From an uncultured bacterium (GTDB lineage: Bacteria; Bacillota; Clostridia; Lachnospirales; Lachnospiraceae): a stretch of 64,000 bases of DNA. Every line of letters starts with the position of its first letter. Within the stretch, counting starts at the first letter, position 1. The position numbers were made by a program, and so were the translations under genes. Where the stretch lies: NCBI GenBank assembly GCA_905214875.1, contig CAJMNR010000022.1, positions 422-64,421 on the forward strand, written 5' to 3'. Positions 41,960 to 53,110 of this stretch are shown here, piece by piece. The notes under the pieces were generated by a model that ran no database searches, was not told where the DNA came from, and saw only the letters and a program-made list of their open reading frames with translations.

Positions 41960-43111
41960 CTAATTTACAGGCCAATGCTTATCAATTAAATCATATGTTT
42001 CTTGTTCTGTCTCTAGAATTTTTTCTATGGACGGATTTGCAATCCATGTATGGTTTTTCATTGCAAACTCAATAATTTCTATAATTTCAAGATATTTGAT
42101 CTTACGGTCTAAGAATAACGCAACTGCTTTTTCATTTGCAGCATTGTATACCGTTGGCATGCTGCCACCCTTTCTTCCTGCTTCGTATGCAAGCTTAAGG
42201 CCGCGGAATGTTTCCATATCTGGCTTTTCAAATGTAATAGAACCTAATTCGTAGAAATCAAGACGCTTTCCTGGTAAAGTTCTACGCTCTGGATAATATA
42301 ATGCGTATTGGATTGGAAGACGCATATCCGGAGTACCAAGCTGCGCCATAACGCCACCATCTTTAAATTCTACCATGGAGTGGATTACACTTTGAGGCTG
42401 CACCACTACCTGGATGTCATCAAAATCAACATCAAACAACCATTTTGCTTCGATTACTTCAAGCCCTTTGTTTACCATTGTGGAAGAATCGATTGTAATC
42501 TTTCTTCCCATTGCCCAGTTCGGATGCTTAAGCGCATCTTCCACCTGGATGTCTTTTAACTCATCAATCTTACGGCCGCGAAATGGTCCGCCAGATGCAG
42601 TTAAGATTACTTTGCTAAGCTCTTTTGGGTTTTCTCCATTTAAGCTTTGGAAAATTGCAGAATGTTCACTGTCTACAGGAAGGATCTTCACACCGCATTC
42701 TTTTGCAAGCGGCATAATAATGTGTCCCGCTGTTACTAATGTTTCCTTATTGGCAAGGGCAATATCTTTCTTTGCCTTGATTGCTTCTACCGTTGGGCGA
42801 ATACCAATCATACCAACAATAGCAGTTACAACGATTTCTGCCTCATCCATCGTTGCACATTCGATTAACCCATCCATACCGGAAACGACTTTTACGTCTT
42901 TATCTTTTACTAATTCACGTAACTCATTTGCCTTGTCTTCATTCCAAACACAAACAAGCTTTGGTGAAAATTCCTCAATTTGCTCTTGTAAAGCCTTTAT
43001 ATTGCTACCAGCTGCAATTGCACTTACATTTAAATCACCATTAATACGAACGATGTCTAACGTCTGAGTTCCAATAGAACCAGTAGAACCTAAAATGACT
43101 ATATTCTTCAT
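41960..43111 (-). CDS. dxr: 1-deoxy-D-xylulose-5-phosphate reductoisomerase
   Basis: GSTGSIG, LANKE, PVDSEHSA, NAANE. Confidence 0.98.
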   Translation of the reverse strand: MKNIVILGSTGSIGTQTLDIVRINGDLNVSAIAAGSNIKALQEQIEEFSPKLVCVWNEDKANELRELVKDKDVKVVSGMDGLIECATMDEAEIVVTAIVGMIGIRPTVEAIKAKKDIALANKETLVTAGHIIMPLAKECGVKILPVDSEHSAIFQSLNGENPKELSKVILTASGGPFRGRKIDELKDIQVEDALKHPNWAMGRKITIDSSTMVNKGLEVIEAKWLFDVDFDDIQVVVQPQSVIHSMVEFKDGGVMAQLGTPDMRLPIQYALYYPERRTLPGKRLDFYELGSITFEKPDMETFRGLKLAYEAGRKGGSMPTVYNAANEKAVALFLDRKIKYLEIIEIIEFAMKNHTWIANPSIEKILETEQETYDLIDKHWPVN

Positions 43112-43132
43112 CTGATTTACCTACCATTTTCT

Positions 43133-43927
43133 CTATAAAACTTGTAATAATAAAAATACGATTGGAGCAGTAAAAATCAAGCTATCAAAACGGTCCATAA
43201 TACCGCCATGTCCAGGAATTAACTTACCGTAATCTTTGATATTATGATTTCTCTTAATCGCAGATGCTGCTAAGTCACCAATCTGAGACAATACGCTGGA
43301 AACTGCACCAATAATTGTAAATGCAAGTTGTGGATTGTCTAACGTGATATGCGTCTTAAAGATTGTCGCATAGATAAATCCAATTAGTCCTGCACCGATA
43401 ATACCACCGATACATCCTTCAATTGACTTTTTCGGACTTAATTCACTTGGAAGCTTATGTTTACCAATCAACATACCGACTACATATGCACAAGTGTCGG
43501 ATCCCCAAGCACCGATAAATGCAAGCCAGATCATATAGATTCCATCGTTCATCATACGAATCTGATATAAATAAGATAATAAAACTGGTGCATAAATAAA
43601 TGCGAACACTGTCATGCTAACATGCTTTGAATTGTATTTTGGATAAAAGATAACATAACAAGCCATAACACAAAGCATAAAAATAACAATGACATAAATA
43701 AGGAATTCATTCCTATTGAAATACAAACAAAAATCAAATGCCAACGTAGCCACATATCCAAGTATGGCAAGTGGAGTCTTATGAATGTCGATAACACGGT
43801 ATAACTCCATAAGACCAACTAATGAAATTGCTGTAATAAGTGCAAATAAAACATTACCACCAAGTACGACTGATCCAATCATAATGATGAGTAGAACGAT
43901 ACCACTGATTAAACGCTCTATAAACAT
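43133..43927 (-). CDS. cdsA: Phosphatidate cytidylyltransferase
   Basis: SPKKSIEG, IKDYGKLIPGHGGIMDRFD. Confidence 0.96.
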   Translation of the reverse strand: MFIERLISGIVLLIIMIGSVVLGGNVLFALITAISLVGLMELYRVIDIHKTPLAILGYVATLAFDFCLYFNRNEFLIYVIVIFMLCVMACYVIFYPKYNSKHVSMTVFAFIYAPVLLSYLYQIRMMNDGIYMIWLAFIGAWGSDTCAYVVGMLIGKHKLPSELSPKKSIEGCIGGIIGAGLIGFIYATIFKTHITLDNPQLAFTIIGAVSSVLSQIGDLAASAIKRNHNIKDYGKLIPGHGGIMDRFDSLIFTAPIVFLLLQVL

Positions 43928-43938
43928 AGTTTATCCCC

Positions 43939-44664
43939 CTATAGTTTACCGAATCGACGTTCACGTCCATTATAGTATTCGATTGCTTTTTGTAATTGTT
44001 TTTCATCAAAATCAGGCCAAAGCACATCTGTAAAATAGAATTCCGTATATGCTAACTGCCATAATAAGTAATTGCTTAATCGTTGTTCTCCGCTCGTACG
44101 GATTAAAAGATCTGGATCCGGAATATCAAATGTATCAAGGTGTTCAGAAATCATATCCATCGTAATGTCCTCCGGATTAATCGTTCCATCTTTACATTCC
44201 TGTGCAATTTTCGTCACTGCTCTTCTAATTTCATCACGGGAACCGTAATTTAAAGCAATTGTAAAGTTAAGGCCTGTATTCACGCTGGACTTTTCTTCTA
44301 ATGTTTTTATGCTTTCCTGTAAATCTTCTGGAAGGCCTTTCTTATCTCCAATAATACGCACTCTCATATTATTCTTTGATGTACGTTCGATACAATCTAA
44401 CATGTAGTTACGAAGCAGTCTCATTAATTCATCTACTTCTTCCTGAGGTCTTCCCCAGTTTTCTGTTGAAAATGCATACACGGTAAAATACTTGATGCCT
44501 TGATTCCATGCTACCTCACACATCTTTTCAACATTTTTACTTCCTTGCTTATGTCCATAGTTTCTAGGCATGAATCTTTTCTTTGCCCATCTTCCATTTC
44601 CATCAAGAATTACTGCAACATGATTTGGAACACGTAGTCCTTTTTCATTTATTGTCTCACCCAA
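43939..44664 (-). CDS. uppS: Undecaprenyl diphosphate synthase
   Basis: ILDGNGRW, FSTENW, IRTSGEQRLSNY. Confidence 0.97.
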   Translation of the reverse strand: MGETINEKGLRVPNHVAVILDGNGRWAKKRFMPRNYGHKQGSKNVEKMCEVAWNQGIKYFTVYAFSTENWGRPQEEVDELMRLLRNYMLDCIERTSKNNMRVRIIGDKKGLPEDLQESIKTLEEKSSVNTGLNFTIALNYGSRDEIRRAVTKIAQECKDGTINPEDITMDMISEHLDTFDIPDPDLLIRTSGEQRLSNYLLWQLAYTEFYFTDVLWPDFDEKQLQKAIEYYNGRERRFGKL

Positions 44665-44689
44665 AACTTGTTCCTCCTATAAAAACTAA

Positions 44690-44724
44690 GACGTATTTTG
44701 TCCTAGTTCAAACAAAATACGTCC
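44690..44724 (-). terminator. Hairpin after frr
   Basis: gacgtattttgt...acaaaatacgtc inverted repeat. Confidence 0.65.
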
Positions 44725-44741
44725 CCTATGATTAGAAATGC

Positions 44742-45296
44742 TTAAATTGTAAGGATTTCTTTTGATTTTGCTTCCATTGTCTTATCGATTTCACTAACGT
44801 ATTTGTCAGTTAATTTCTGTACTTTATCTTCTAATGATTTTAATTCATCATCAGTAAGTTCGCTGGATTTGTTTAATTTCTTAAGGCTGTCGTTAGCATC
44901 TCTACGGATGTTACGTACAGCAACTTTAGCAGCTTCTGCTTTTTTCTTAACATCTTTCACTAATTCTTTACGTCTTTCTTCTGTTAATTCAGGGAATACA
45001 AGACGGATCACTTTACCATCGTTAGATGGAGTAAGTCCTAAATCAGAACAGATGATAGCTTTTTCAATTTCTTTAATTAAGCTGGCTTCCCATGGTTGAA
45101 TCATGATTACTCTAGCTTCTGGAACAGAAACGTTAGCTACTGATTGTAATGGGGATGGTGTACCGTAGTACTCAACTGTAATTTTATCTAATAAATGTGG
45201 GTTAGCTCTACCAGCACGGATGTTAGCATATTCATTTGCTAAACTATCTACTGATTTGCTCATTTTACTTTCAAATTGTTCAATTCTTGAATCCAT
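44742..45296 (-). CDS. frr: Ribosome recycling factor
   Basis: [24 protein letters not shown]. Confidence 0.98.
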   Translation of the reverse strand: MDSRIEQFESKMSKSVDSLANEYANIRAGRANPHLLDKITVEYYGTPSPLQSVANVSVPEARVIMIQPWEASLIKEIEKAIICSDLGLTPSNDGKVIRLVFPELTEERRKELVKDVKKKAEAAKVAVRNIRRDANDSLKKLNKSSELTDDELKSLEDKVQKLTDKYVSEIDKTMEAKSKEILTI

Positions 45297-45338
45297 ATAG
45301 AATCCTCCTACTTCTCTTTACAACCTATTATTTGTTAC

Positions 45339-46043
45339 CTATACTGTAACTTTCGTTCCGTTAAATTTATCTGTTACGGAATTTACAATGCTATTTTCTT
45401 CATTTAAACCAAATACCAATAATGGCATTTTATTCTCTAAGCACATAATTGTAGCAGTCAAATCGATTACTGCAAGTTTTTTATCAAGTACTTCCTGGAA
45501 TGATACCTCATCGTACTTCTTGGCATCCGGATTTGTCTTTGGATCGCTGTCGTAAACGCCATCGATTGCTTTCGCACAAAGGATGATATCCGCATCCATT
45601 TCAATTGCACGAAGCACAAGCCCTGTATCCGTTGAAAAATATGGATGTCCTGTGCCACCGGCAAAGAATACAACCATTCCTTTTTCAAAATATTTGTTTG
45701 CTCTGTCTTTTGAGAATAACTTCGTCATAGAACCACACTCAAAAGGTGTAAGGATCTGTGTGTTCATACCTACAAAACGGAAAATCTCAGATACGTAGAT
45801 ACAGTTCATTACTGTTGCTAACATTCCAATCTGATCAGCTTTTGTACGGTCGATTGTCTGGCTTGTTCTTCCTCTCCAGAAGTTTCCGCCGCCAATTACA
45901 ATACCCACTTGAATTCCTTGGTCCACTAATTCTTTGACTTGGTTTGCAACCTTAATGCAAGTTGCTTCATCAAATCCAGTTTTTTTCTCTCCGGCTAAAG
46001 CTTCTCCACTTAGTTTTAATAAAACTCTTTTATATTCTTTCAC
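45339..46043 (-). CDS. pyrH: UMP kinase
   Basis: RVLLKLSGEAL, GGGNFWRG, PYFSTDT; probable GTG start. Confidence 0.96.
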   Translation of the reverse strand: MKEYKRVLLKLSGEALAGEKKTGFDEATCIKVANQVKELVDQGIQVGIVIGGGNFWRGRTSQTIDRTKADQIGMLATVMNCIYVSEIFRFVGMNTQILTPFECGSMTKLFSKDRANKYFEKGMVVFFAGGTGHPYFSTDTGLVLRAIEMDADIILCAKAIDGVYDSDPKTNPDAKKYDEVSFQEVLDKKLAVIDLTATIMCLENKMPLLVFGLNEENSIVNSVTDKFNGTKVTV

Positions 46044-46213
46044 AGTAAACTCATGCCTTTCTGTAATTATTTTAGACAAATACTCTTTGTTCTAAAACCT
46101 CTTTACTAATGTACCACAAAACCCTAAGAACTTACAAGCATTTTCTTAATTTCCAGTAAATTCAGATATACATTTCATTAAAGTCCCATTTTGACTGCAT
46201 CGCATGCACTTTA

Positions 46214-46711
46214 CTAGGCTTTTACCATCTCATGAAAATACCGAATCATTGTAAAAGCAAGTTTCATAATATCAATCTCTGCCACTGGTGGAATTTGAAT
46301 CAAGATACACTTAGTCTGCCGATTATACTTATAAATCTGTTTCAGGCTTGTAAGATAAAGTTCATTTGCCAAAGAGTCGCTCAGTGTATCGGAAATGACC
46401 GTATTAATATTATGTTCCTGTAGATAACGAAAAAATGTATCATATTTATAATTTGTTTCATATCCTTGCGCATGGTCCTTTGCGTAAGTCGTAATCGAAA
46501 CAGCATCATCTATCTTGTCTTTGTCCTTCATAGCGAATAAGAAGACATAATCATATGTTTTGTGCCGCATATGTTCAAGCAGCTTCTCCTTGTTAACATC
46601 ACAAGTTTCACATAAATATAATTTGTCGATATAGTATTTTGGCGTGATTAGATCTAATAATAATTTCGAGGAGTTTTCATTCTCTTTAAACCCAACGAGT
46701 AAAATATTCAT
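46214..46711 (-). CDS. Pyroglutamyl-peptidase I (C15)-like protein with substituted catalytic residues
   Basis: MNILLVGFK..NSS N-terminus; LANELY and ILIQIP at the positions of CN..YY and FIHIP. Confidence 0.6.
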   Translation of the reverse strand: MNILLVGFKENENSSKLLLDLITPKYYIDKLYLCETCDVNKEKLLEHMRHKTYDYVFLFAMKDKDKIDDAVSITTYAKDHAQGYETNYKYDTFFRYLQEHNINTVISDTLSDSLANELYLTSLKQIYKYNRQTKCILIQIPPVAEIDIMKLAFTMIRYFHEMVKA

Positions 46712-46845
46712 ACCATGACCCCTTCCCTGCCAAACTATTAACTTTGCTTTTATTATAGCAAACCTGCCATCAATGCACTAGTAATTTCTTACAATTTCAA
46801 CCTTTTTATTATGTGCAGGTTTGCCTAAAAATATAACAAATCTAC

Positions 46846-48816
46846 TTATTTCTTATCCGGATCATATTGCAGTTCCCCTTTATCCATACGGATGGTAAGC
46901 CCCTCCCCATTTCGTTTCTCCATTTTGTGACGAATCTTGCGTGTTGAAACAGAATCGAAGATAACGGAAAAATCATAATCTTCCGGATAGAGGTCTGCTG
47001 CCTTAACGTTGATTTTAAGCCTCTTATATGGGATTAATTGTTTTTTCTTCTTAACCTGAACACCGACTTCTCCGTATTCATTTACTGTCTGAAATACGAT
47101 GCCGATTTCTTTTTTCGGATAAACAAATACACTGTCTCCGATCCCAAATTCTTTTGCTTTCTTTTCAGACTCCATTCTCTTTTCTCTTCGTTCAATCTGC
47201 TTCTTTCGCTTTTCCACTTCTGATAGTTTTTGTTGTCTTTCTTCCTTATTAATGGTTGTTTGTTCCGTTCCATACGCCTGGGCCTTTGCAACGGCAAGCA
47301 TATCTTTTGGCATGCCCAATCGTTTTGCGATATACAACGCGCAGCTTTCCCCAGCTTCATTCATAACGAGGCGATATAATGGCGATAGCGTCTCACGGTC
47401 AAATGCCATGCTTGCGTTAATAATCCCCTCTGTTCGATCGGCATAATCCTTTACTTCAGGATAATGAGTCGTTGCCACAAAGTAACACCCGATACTTCTA
47501 AGCTTTTCTAAAATGGCGATGGCGATTCCCATGCCTTCTTTCGGGTCGGTTCCTGAACCTAGTTCGTCTAACAAAACAAGACTGTCGCTTGTAATGCTCT
47601 CTACAATTCCGATTACGGCCTTAATATGTGACGAAAACGTAGATAGATTCTGCGATATGCTCTGTCCGTCTCCGATATCACAAAGCACCATATCATGCAT
47701 AGTAAATACAGAACCTTTTTCTGCCGGAACATGCAGGCCGCTTCTTGCCATCATAGATAACAATCCTACGGTCTTTAATGACACGGTCTTTCCCCCTGTA
47801 TTAGGCCCAGTAATTACGATTCCCTTCTGCTCTTTCGTAAGAGAGAAATCAAGCGGTACGACTTTTTCTGCTGAAAGAAGCGGATGTCTTCCCTGACGGA
47901 TGATAATGTTTCCCTCATAATCCACCGTAGGCTCATTTGCCTTTTGGTCCATGGATAGCTTGGCTTTTGCAAAGATTACATCTAACGCGGTCATCGTTTC
48001 CATATTACGAAGAATCTGCTCTTTATATTCTGCAACCATACCAGTCAGCATATATAGGATTCTCTGTACTTCATTTTCCTCGCTGATCTGCAATAAAGTA
48101 AGTTCATCTTCAAATTTGTTGACTGCTGCAGGCTCGATAAATAACGTATTACCGCTGCTAGAAACATCGATGACTGTTCCTGGAACCTTTAGCTTATCGT
48201 TTCTTCGAACAGGAAGCACATAGTGTCCATTACGGATGGAGACGTAGTTATCTGCAAAACAATCCTTCTTCTGCTTAAGGATCTGCTCTAGTTTCATTTT
48301 GATTCTTACCGACAGATTCTCCATCTGTCTTCGAATATTCTTTAATTCATTGGAGGCGTGATCTGCCACTTTCTCATTGACGATTGCCTCATTAATTTGT
48401 TCCCGAAGCTCTTCTACTTCCAAGAAGGATCTTCCGTAATATGCCACGCCCACATTGGAAAGCTCTGCACGTTTCAAATACGACTGCATCCTTCTTACTG
48501 CATATAAAAAGGTAGCTACTGATTCTAACTGTTCCGCTGTCAGCGCTGCGTCGCTATCACAAATATCTAGTACTTTCCTAATGTTTGACATAATTGGTAG
48601 CGGTGGAGTTCCAAAGGACTCTAACAATTGTTTCGCCCCTGAGGTCTCTTCAATCTTTTCCCTGCATTGATTTACATCCACCATAGGTTCCATGGCTTCA
48701 ATGAGTTCCTTAGCCTCACTCGAAACTGCCAACTCTTTTAACTTCTCTTTAATTACTGTATATTCTAAAATTTGATTTGTTTTATTGATTAATTCCCTTT
48801 GATTGATCTGCGTCAT
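46846..48816 (-). CDS. Short MutS2-family ATPase lacking the Smr domain
   Basis: ITGPNTGGKT, DIGDGQSISQNLSTFS, DELGSGTDP, TTHY, short coiled coil, KOW-like FGIGDSVFV; no Smr. Confidence 0.9.
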   Translation of the reverse strand: MTQINQRELINKTNQILEYTVIKEKLKELAVSSEAKELIEAMEPMVDVNQCREKIEETSGAKQLLESFGTPPLPIMSNIRKVLDICDSDAALTAEQLESVATFLYAVRRMQSYLKRAELSNVGVAYYGRSFLEVEELREQINEAIVNEKVADHASNELKNIRRQMENLSVRIKMKLEQILKQKKDCFADNYVSIRNGHYVLPVRRNDKLKVPGTVIDVSSSGNTLFIEPAAVNKFEDELTLLQISEENEVQRILYMLTGMVAEYKEQILRNMETMTALDVIFAKAKLSMDQKANEPTVDYEGNIIIRQGRHPLLSAEKVVPLDFSLTKEQKGIVITGPNTGGKTVSLKTVGLLSMMARSGLHVPAEKGSVFTMHDMVLCDIGDGQSISQNLSTFSSHIKAVIGIVESITSDSLVLLDELGSGTDPKEGMGIAIAILEKLRSIGCYFVATTHYPEVKDYADRTEGIINASMAFDRETLSPLYRLVMNEAGESCALYIAKRLGMPKDMLAVAKAQAYGTEQTTINKEERQQKLSEVEKRKKQIERREKRMESEKKAKEFGIGDSVFVYPKKEIGIVFQTVNEYGEVGVQVKKKKQLIPYKRLKINVKAADLYPEDYDFSVIFDSVSTRKIRHKMEKRNGEGLTIRMDKGELQYDPDKK

Positions 48817-48875
48817 CGTTTTTACCCTTTCTCTACTAAAATCTTATTTTTATGCTTCTTAACGGTAAAAAAGAG

Positions 48876-48934
48876 CGCAAAAAAAGTCCTCATAAGCATA
48901 TATAAGGAGTCTAACCTCTTGCTTCATAAGAACT
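48876..48934 (-). terminator. Leader (attenuator) terminator upstream of the mutS2-like gene
   Basis: Minus GTTCTTATGAAGCA...TGCTTATGAGGAC followed by 7 U. Confidence 0.8.
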
Positions 48935-49048
48935 GTCAATAATCTCGATCGATTGTTTATAGGATGGGATAGGTCTCTTAATGAGAACTTTCCTACCAAG
49001 TAAAAAAGTGCATAGTCATAGCGTTAGTTAGTTTCACTTATATAGAAC

Positions 49049-49087
49049 TTATTCAGTTATGCGCTCCATATCTAAAACAATTAACAT
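49049..49087 (-). CDS. Leader peptide MLIVLDMERITE
   Basis: AGAAAGGTAAGG RBS, ATG..TAA, located between the promoter and the leader terminator. Confidence 0.65.
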   Translation of the reverse strand: MLIVLDMERITE

Positions 49088-49121
49088 ACTACAACCTTAC
49101 CTTTCTTCATTCTTATTTAAT

Positions 49122-49150
49122 AGTATACGCCGATTGTTACAATATGTCAA
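49122..49150 (-). promoter_or_regulatory. Sigma-A promoter of the mutS2-like leader
   Basis: TTGACA-17 bp-TATACT. Confidence 0.85.
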
Positions 49151-49237
49151 TGTTTCTATACAAATATCATTTCCTGTTATTGTCTATCTCTTTTTTGTAT
49201 GGTATACTTTGGGTAATTAAACAAGGAGGAATACATA

Positions 49238-49996
49238 ATGGACAATAATAATAACAACCCATTGGAGAATTCAGCTTCTAACGAACGTCCAGAAGCCTCT
49301 CATCCAACAACTTCTTTAAAAAAAGAAACAGTTTCTGAACAAAAAAATGAAGCTGGACATGCTTCAAATAGCACTCCTCATATGAGCAGTGCGTCCAACC
49401 CTTATACGAATGGCAATCCTAATATGAACGGTGCTCCTTATATGAATGGTAATCCTAACATGAACGGTAATCCCAACATGAACGGTGCTCCTTATATGAA
49501 CGGTAATCCTAACATGAACGGTGCTCCTTATATGAACGGTAACCCTAACATGAATGGCGCTCCTTATATGAATGGTAACCCTAACATGAATGGTGCTCCT
49601 TATATGAATCAGCAACCAAATTACAACTATAATGGTTACAATCCAAACGGAAACTTTCAACCATCTCCAACGAATGGTTATGCAATTGCCAGCTTAATTC
49701 TTGGTATCATTTCCATTCCTGCAGGTTTCTGTTATGGTGTTGGAGGTCTTCTATTTGCAGCCGTTGCCATCATGCTTGCAATTGTAAGCAGAAAGAAAAA
49801 TCCAGATGGTTCGAAAGAAAAATTATCCGGACTTGCAATTGGCGGAATCGTGACAGCTGCCATCGGTATCGTATTTGGTATCGTTATGATTTTTGTCTAC
49901 ATCTCATTAATCAAAGAAATTGCTGATAGCAGCAATCCATATGGTATCGACTGGGAGTATTTCAATTCCCTTATTCAAACAATTCGTTTTCGTTAA
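49238..49996 (+). CDS. DUF4190-like membrane protein with N-terminal hexapeptide repeats
   Basis: NGYAIASLILGI...G.AIGGIV TM pair; NGNPNM/NGAPYM repeats. Confidence 0.8.
   Translation: MDNNNNNPLENSASNERPEASHPTTSLKKETVSEQKNEAGHASNSTPHMSSASNPYTNGNPNMNGAPYMNGNPNMNGNPNMNGAPYMNGNPNMNGAPYMNGNPNMNGAPYMNGNPNMNGAPYMNQQPNYNYNGYNPNGNFQPSPTNGYAIASLILGIISIPAGFCYGVGGLLFAAVAIMLAIVSRKKNPDGSKEKLSGLAIGGIVTAAIGIVFGIVMIFVYISLIKEIADSSNPYGIDWEYFNSLIQTIRFR
49409..49606 (+). repeat. Coding tandem repeat, 11 x 18 bp
   Basis: Units aayggyaaycc(t/c)aayatg and aayggygctccttatatg. Confidence 0.95.
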
Positions 49997-50040
49997 TTAA
50001 ACGTAAACTAGCAAAAAAACGTGGCATTACACTTCGGTTT

Positions 50041-50481
50041 TTACCGTATATGTAATACCACGTTTTTTATTATGCATTGCAAAACCAAGATTGCAACTCC
50101 AATATAGATATATCTCATATGAAATAAAAAGCCCTTATACTTCTCCTTTGTAAGCAGTCGTATTGTCTGTGAGATCATAAAAATGACATAACAGCACATG
50201 ACATACCATACAAACGCATTATATCGAAAGCTATTTATCAAATGTCCCGTAAGAAAGGCGTGAAATGCTCTCGTTCCTCCGCACCCCGGGCATAAGTATC
50301 CTGTCATCCGATAAAACGGACATACTCCAAAGGTATCTCCTAATATATGAAACAAATCAACATGAAACAGAGAAGCAACTGCATATATCAGAATGCCAAT
50401 GAACACCATGACAATTCCGACTACATACAATCCCCTCTCTGCATCCATGTTACGAACTCGGTCGATATAATTCGCCTTCAT
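50041..50481 (-). CDS. DUF2752 family membrane protein
   Basis: CPFYRMTGYLCPGCGGTRA motif. Confidence 0.85.
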   Translation of the reverse strand: MKANYIDRVRNMDAERGLYVVGIVMVFIGILIYAVASLFHVDLFHILGDTFGVCPFYRMTGYLCPGCGGTRAFHAFLTGHLINSFRYNAFVWYVMCCYVIFMISQTIRLLTKEKYKGFLFHMRYIYIGVAILVLQCIIKNVVLHIR

Positions 50482-50545
50482 GACTCTTACTCCTTCGTAT
50501 ATAGATTACTCTCATAATACCATACTAACGAAGGAATTTCATTGC

Positions 50546-52915
50546 TTATTTATCTTCTGGCGTATGCCATTTCCAGTCACGTACTTCGTCTAAATCTTGA
50601 CCAACTTCACTAATATATTGTTTATGTGCAACTAATGTATCGTTCATCTTCTGAATCAAGAAAGAACCTTTATTTCCAAGCTGTGGCAGATTGTTGATTA
50701 CTGCTTTTACTAAATGGAAACGGTCGATTTCATTTTGGACACGCATATCAAATGGTGTTGTAATCGTTCCTTCCTCTTGATATCCATATACATGTAAGTT
50801 ACGGTTATGGCGTTCATATGTAAGTTCATGCACTAAGGTTGGATAGCCGTGGAATGCGAATATAATTGGCTTATCCTTTGTAAATAATGCATCATAATCC
50901 GCATCTGTAAGACCATGTGGATGGCTTGTACTTGGCTGTAATTTCATTAAATCGACTACGTTGACAAAACGAATCTTAATGTCAGGAATGTTATCACGTA
51001 AGATAGTAACTGCTGCTAACGCTTCAGCTGTTGGAGTATCCCCACAACATGCCATTACGACATCTGGTTCTTCTCCACGATCATTGCTTGCCCATTCCCA
51101 GATACCGATACCTTGTGTACAATGTTTTACAGCCTGATCCATCGTCAGCCATTGAGCAGTTGGATGCTTGCTGGCTACGATTACATTTACATAATTCTTA
51201 CTTCTGATACAGTGATCAAAGCAAGAAAGTAAGCAGTTCGTATCTGGTGGAAGATACATACGTACAACATCTGCTTTCTTGTTGGCAATATGATCAAGGA
51301 ATCCTGGATCTTGATGTGTAAATCCATTATGATCCTGTTGCCATACGTTTGATGTCAAAACCAAGTTAAGGGAAGCGATTGCCTGTCTCCAAGGAAGCTC
51401 AGCGCAAACCTTTAACCATTTTGCATGTTGAGAAGCCATCGAATCGATAACACGGATAAATGCTTCATAACTTGCAAAGAAACCATGACGACCCGTTAAC
51501 AGATAGCCTTCTAACCAGCCTTCACACATATGCTCACTTAACATTGAATCCATGATACGTCCATCATTTGCTAAGAACTCATCGTTGTCTTTCATCTCAT
51601 TGTTCCAGTCACGGTTTGTTTCTTCAAATACTTTATACAGACGATTAGACATTGTCTCATCTGGTCCGAAGATTCTAAAGTTACGGGATTCTTTATTTAG
51701 CTTAAAGATATCACGTACGAATCCACCAAGTTCAATCATATCCTGTGCAATCGTCTCCCCCGGCTTTTTTACTTCAACTGCGTACTCCTTAAAATTAGGA
51801 AGACGTAAATCACGAAGTAATAATCCACCATTTGCATGAGGGTTGGCACTGATTCTTCGATTACCTGTTGGTGCAAGTTCACGAAGTTCAGGAACTAAGC
51901 GTCCATTCTCATCAAATAACTCTTCTGGTTTGTAGCTTAAGAGCCATTCTTTTAATAAGTCTAAATGCTCTGGTTTTTCCATTGTAATTGGTACTTGATG
52001 GGCACGGAATGTTCCTTCGATTTCTTTTCCGTCGACAACCTTTGGTCCCGTCCATCCCTTTGGAGTACGTAATACGATCATTGGCCAGAATGGGCGTTTT
52101 GTTTCTCCTTCTTCTCTTGCTTTTCTTTGGATTTCTTTAATTTCTTCAATTACGGTATCCAACGTCTCTGCCATCAAACGATGCATTGTCATTGGATCGT
52201 CCCCTTCTACAAAATAAGGTTTCCATCCACAGCCATGGAAGAAGCTCTCGATTTCGTCATGAGAGATTCGGCTAAAAATAGTTGGATTGCTGATTTTATA
52301 TCCATTCAAATGGAAAATAGGAAGTACGGCACCATCACTCTTTGGATTTAAGAATTTGTTGGACTGCCAAGAAGTTGCTAAAGGACCAGTTTCTGCTTCT
52401 CCATCTCCTACGATACATGCCGTAATTAAGTCTTTATTATCAAAGACAGAACCAAATGCATGCGCTAAAGAATATCCGAGCTCGCCGCCTTCGTTAATAG
52501 ATCCTGGAGTTTCAGGAGCTACGTGACTTGAGATTCCGCCTGGGAAAGAGAATTGCTTACATAACTTCTTCATTCCTTCCACGTCTTGGCTGATGTTTGG
52601 ATATACTTCACTGTACGTTCCTTCTAGGTAAGAGTTTGCTACGAAGAAGTTTCCACCATGTCCTGGACCAGAGATTAAGATCATATCCAAATCGTATTTT
52701 TTAATTACACGATTTAAATGTGTATATACAAAGTTTTGTCCTGGTACAGTTCCCCAATGTCCTACGATTTTCTTTTTGATATGCTCTTTTTTCAAAGGCT
52801 CCCTTAAAAGAGGGTTGTCTAACAAATAGAGCTGTGCAGCGCCTAAGTAATTAGCTGCTCGCCAATAGGCATTAATTTTTTCTAAATACTCATCAGTTAA
52901 TGCTTCTTTTTCCAT
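50546..52915 (-). CDS. xfp: Phosphoketolase (XFP family)
   Basis: [31 protein letters not shown] motif, [12 protein letters not shown]. Confidence 0.97.
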   Translation of the reverse strand: MEKEALTDEYLEKINAYWRAANYLGAAQLYLLDNPLLREPLKKEHIKKKIVGHWGTVPGQNFVYTHLNRVIKKYDLDMILISGPGHGGNFFVANSYLEGTYSEVYPNISQDVEGMKKLCKQFSFPGGISSHVAPETPGSINEGGELGYSLAHAFGSVFDNKDLITACIVGDGEAETGPLATSWQSNKFLNPKSDGAVLPIFHLNGYKISNPTIFSRISHDEIESFFHGCGWKPYFVEGDDPMTMHRLMAETLDTVIEEIKEIQRKAREEGETKRPFWPMIVLRTPKGWTGPKVVDGKEIEGTFRAHQVPITMEKPEHLDLLKEWLLSYKPEELFDENGRLVPELRELAPTGNRRISANPHANGGLLLRDLRLPNFKEYAVEVKKPGETIAQDMIELGGFVRDIFKLNKESRNFRIFGPDETMSNRLYKVFEETNRDWNNEMKDNDEFLANDGRIMDSMLSEHMCEGWLEGYLLTGRHGFFASYEAFIRVIDSMASQHAKWLKVCAELPWRQAIASLNLVLTSNVWQQDHNGFTHQDPGFLDHIANKKADVVRMYLPPDTNCLLSCFDHCIRSKNYVNVIVASKHPTAQWLTMDQAVKHCTQGIGIWEWASNDRGEEPDVVMACCGDTPTAEALAAVTILRDNIPDIKIRFVNVVDLMKLQPSTSHPHGLTDADYDALFTKDKPIIFAFHGYPTLVHELTYERHNRNLHVYGYQEEGTITTPFDMRVQNEIDRFHLVKAVINNLPQLGNKGSFLIQKMNDTLVAHKQYISEVGQDLDEVRDWKWHTPEDK

Positions 52916-53110
52916 AATTCAAAGTTCCTTTCTCCTGCTTAAAATATGTTATTTCTAAGCATTTCATAATTTGTATAGTCATTAAACTTTATAGCCTCAT
53001 TATATCGTAACCACCATATTTTTCAAGTGATAAACATGTCATATCTTTTATAGTTTTTTGTAAAACGATGTAGTATCTCTTCTATTTTTTCCAGTGTTGG
53101 CGCAAACCTA

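Noticed and set aside
42027..43067. Antisense ORFs over dxr, and similar ones over polC, ackA, xfp and iorA
   Set aside because: Shadow frames of strongly conserved genes, with no RBS or recognisable motifs.
46846..47100. mutS2 pseudogene truncated before Smr
   Set aside because: The frame is uninterrupted, ends in a distinct C-terminal motif after the KOW-like region, and has an intact regulatory leader.
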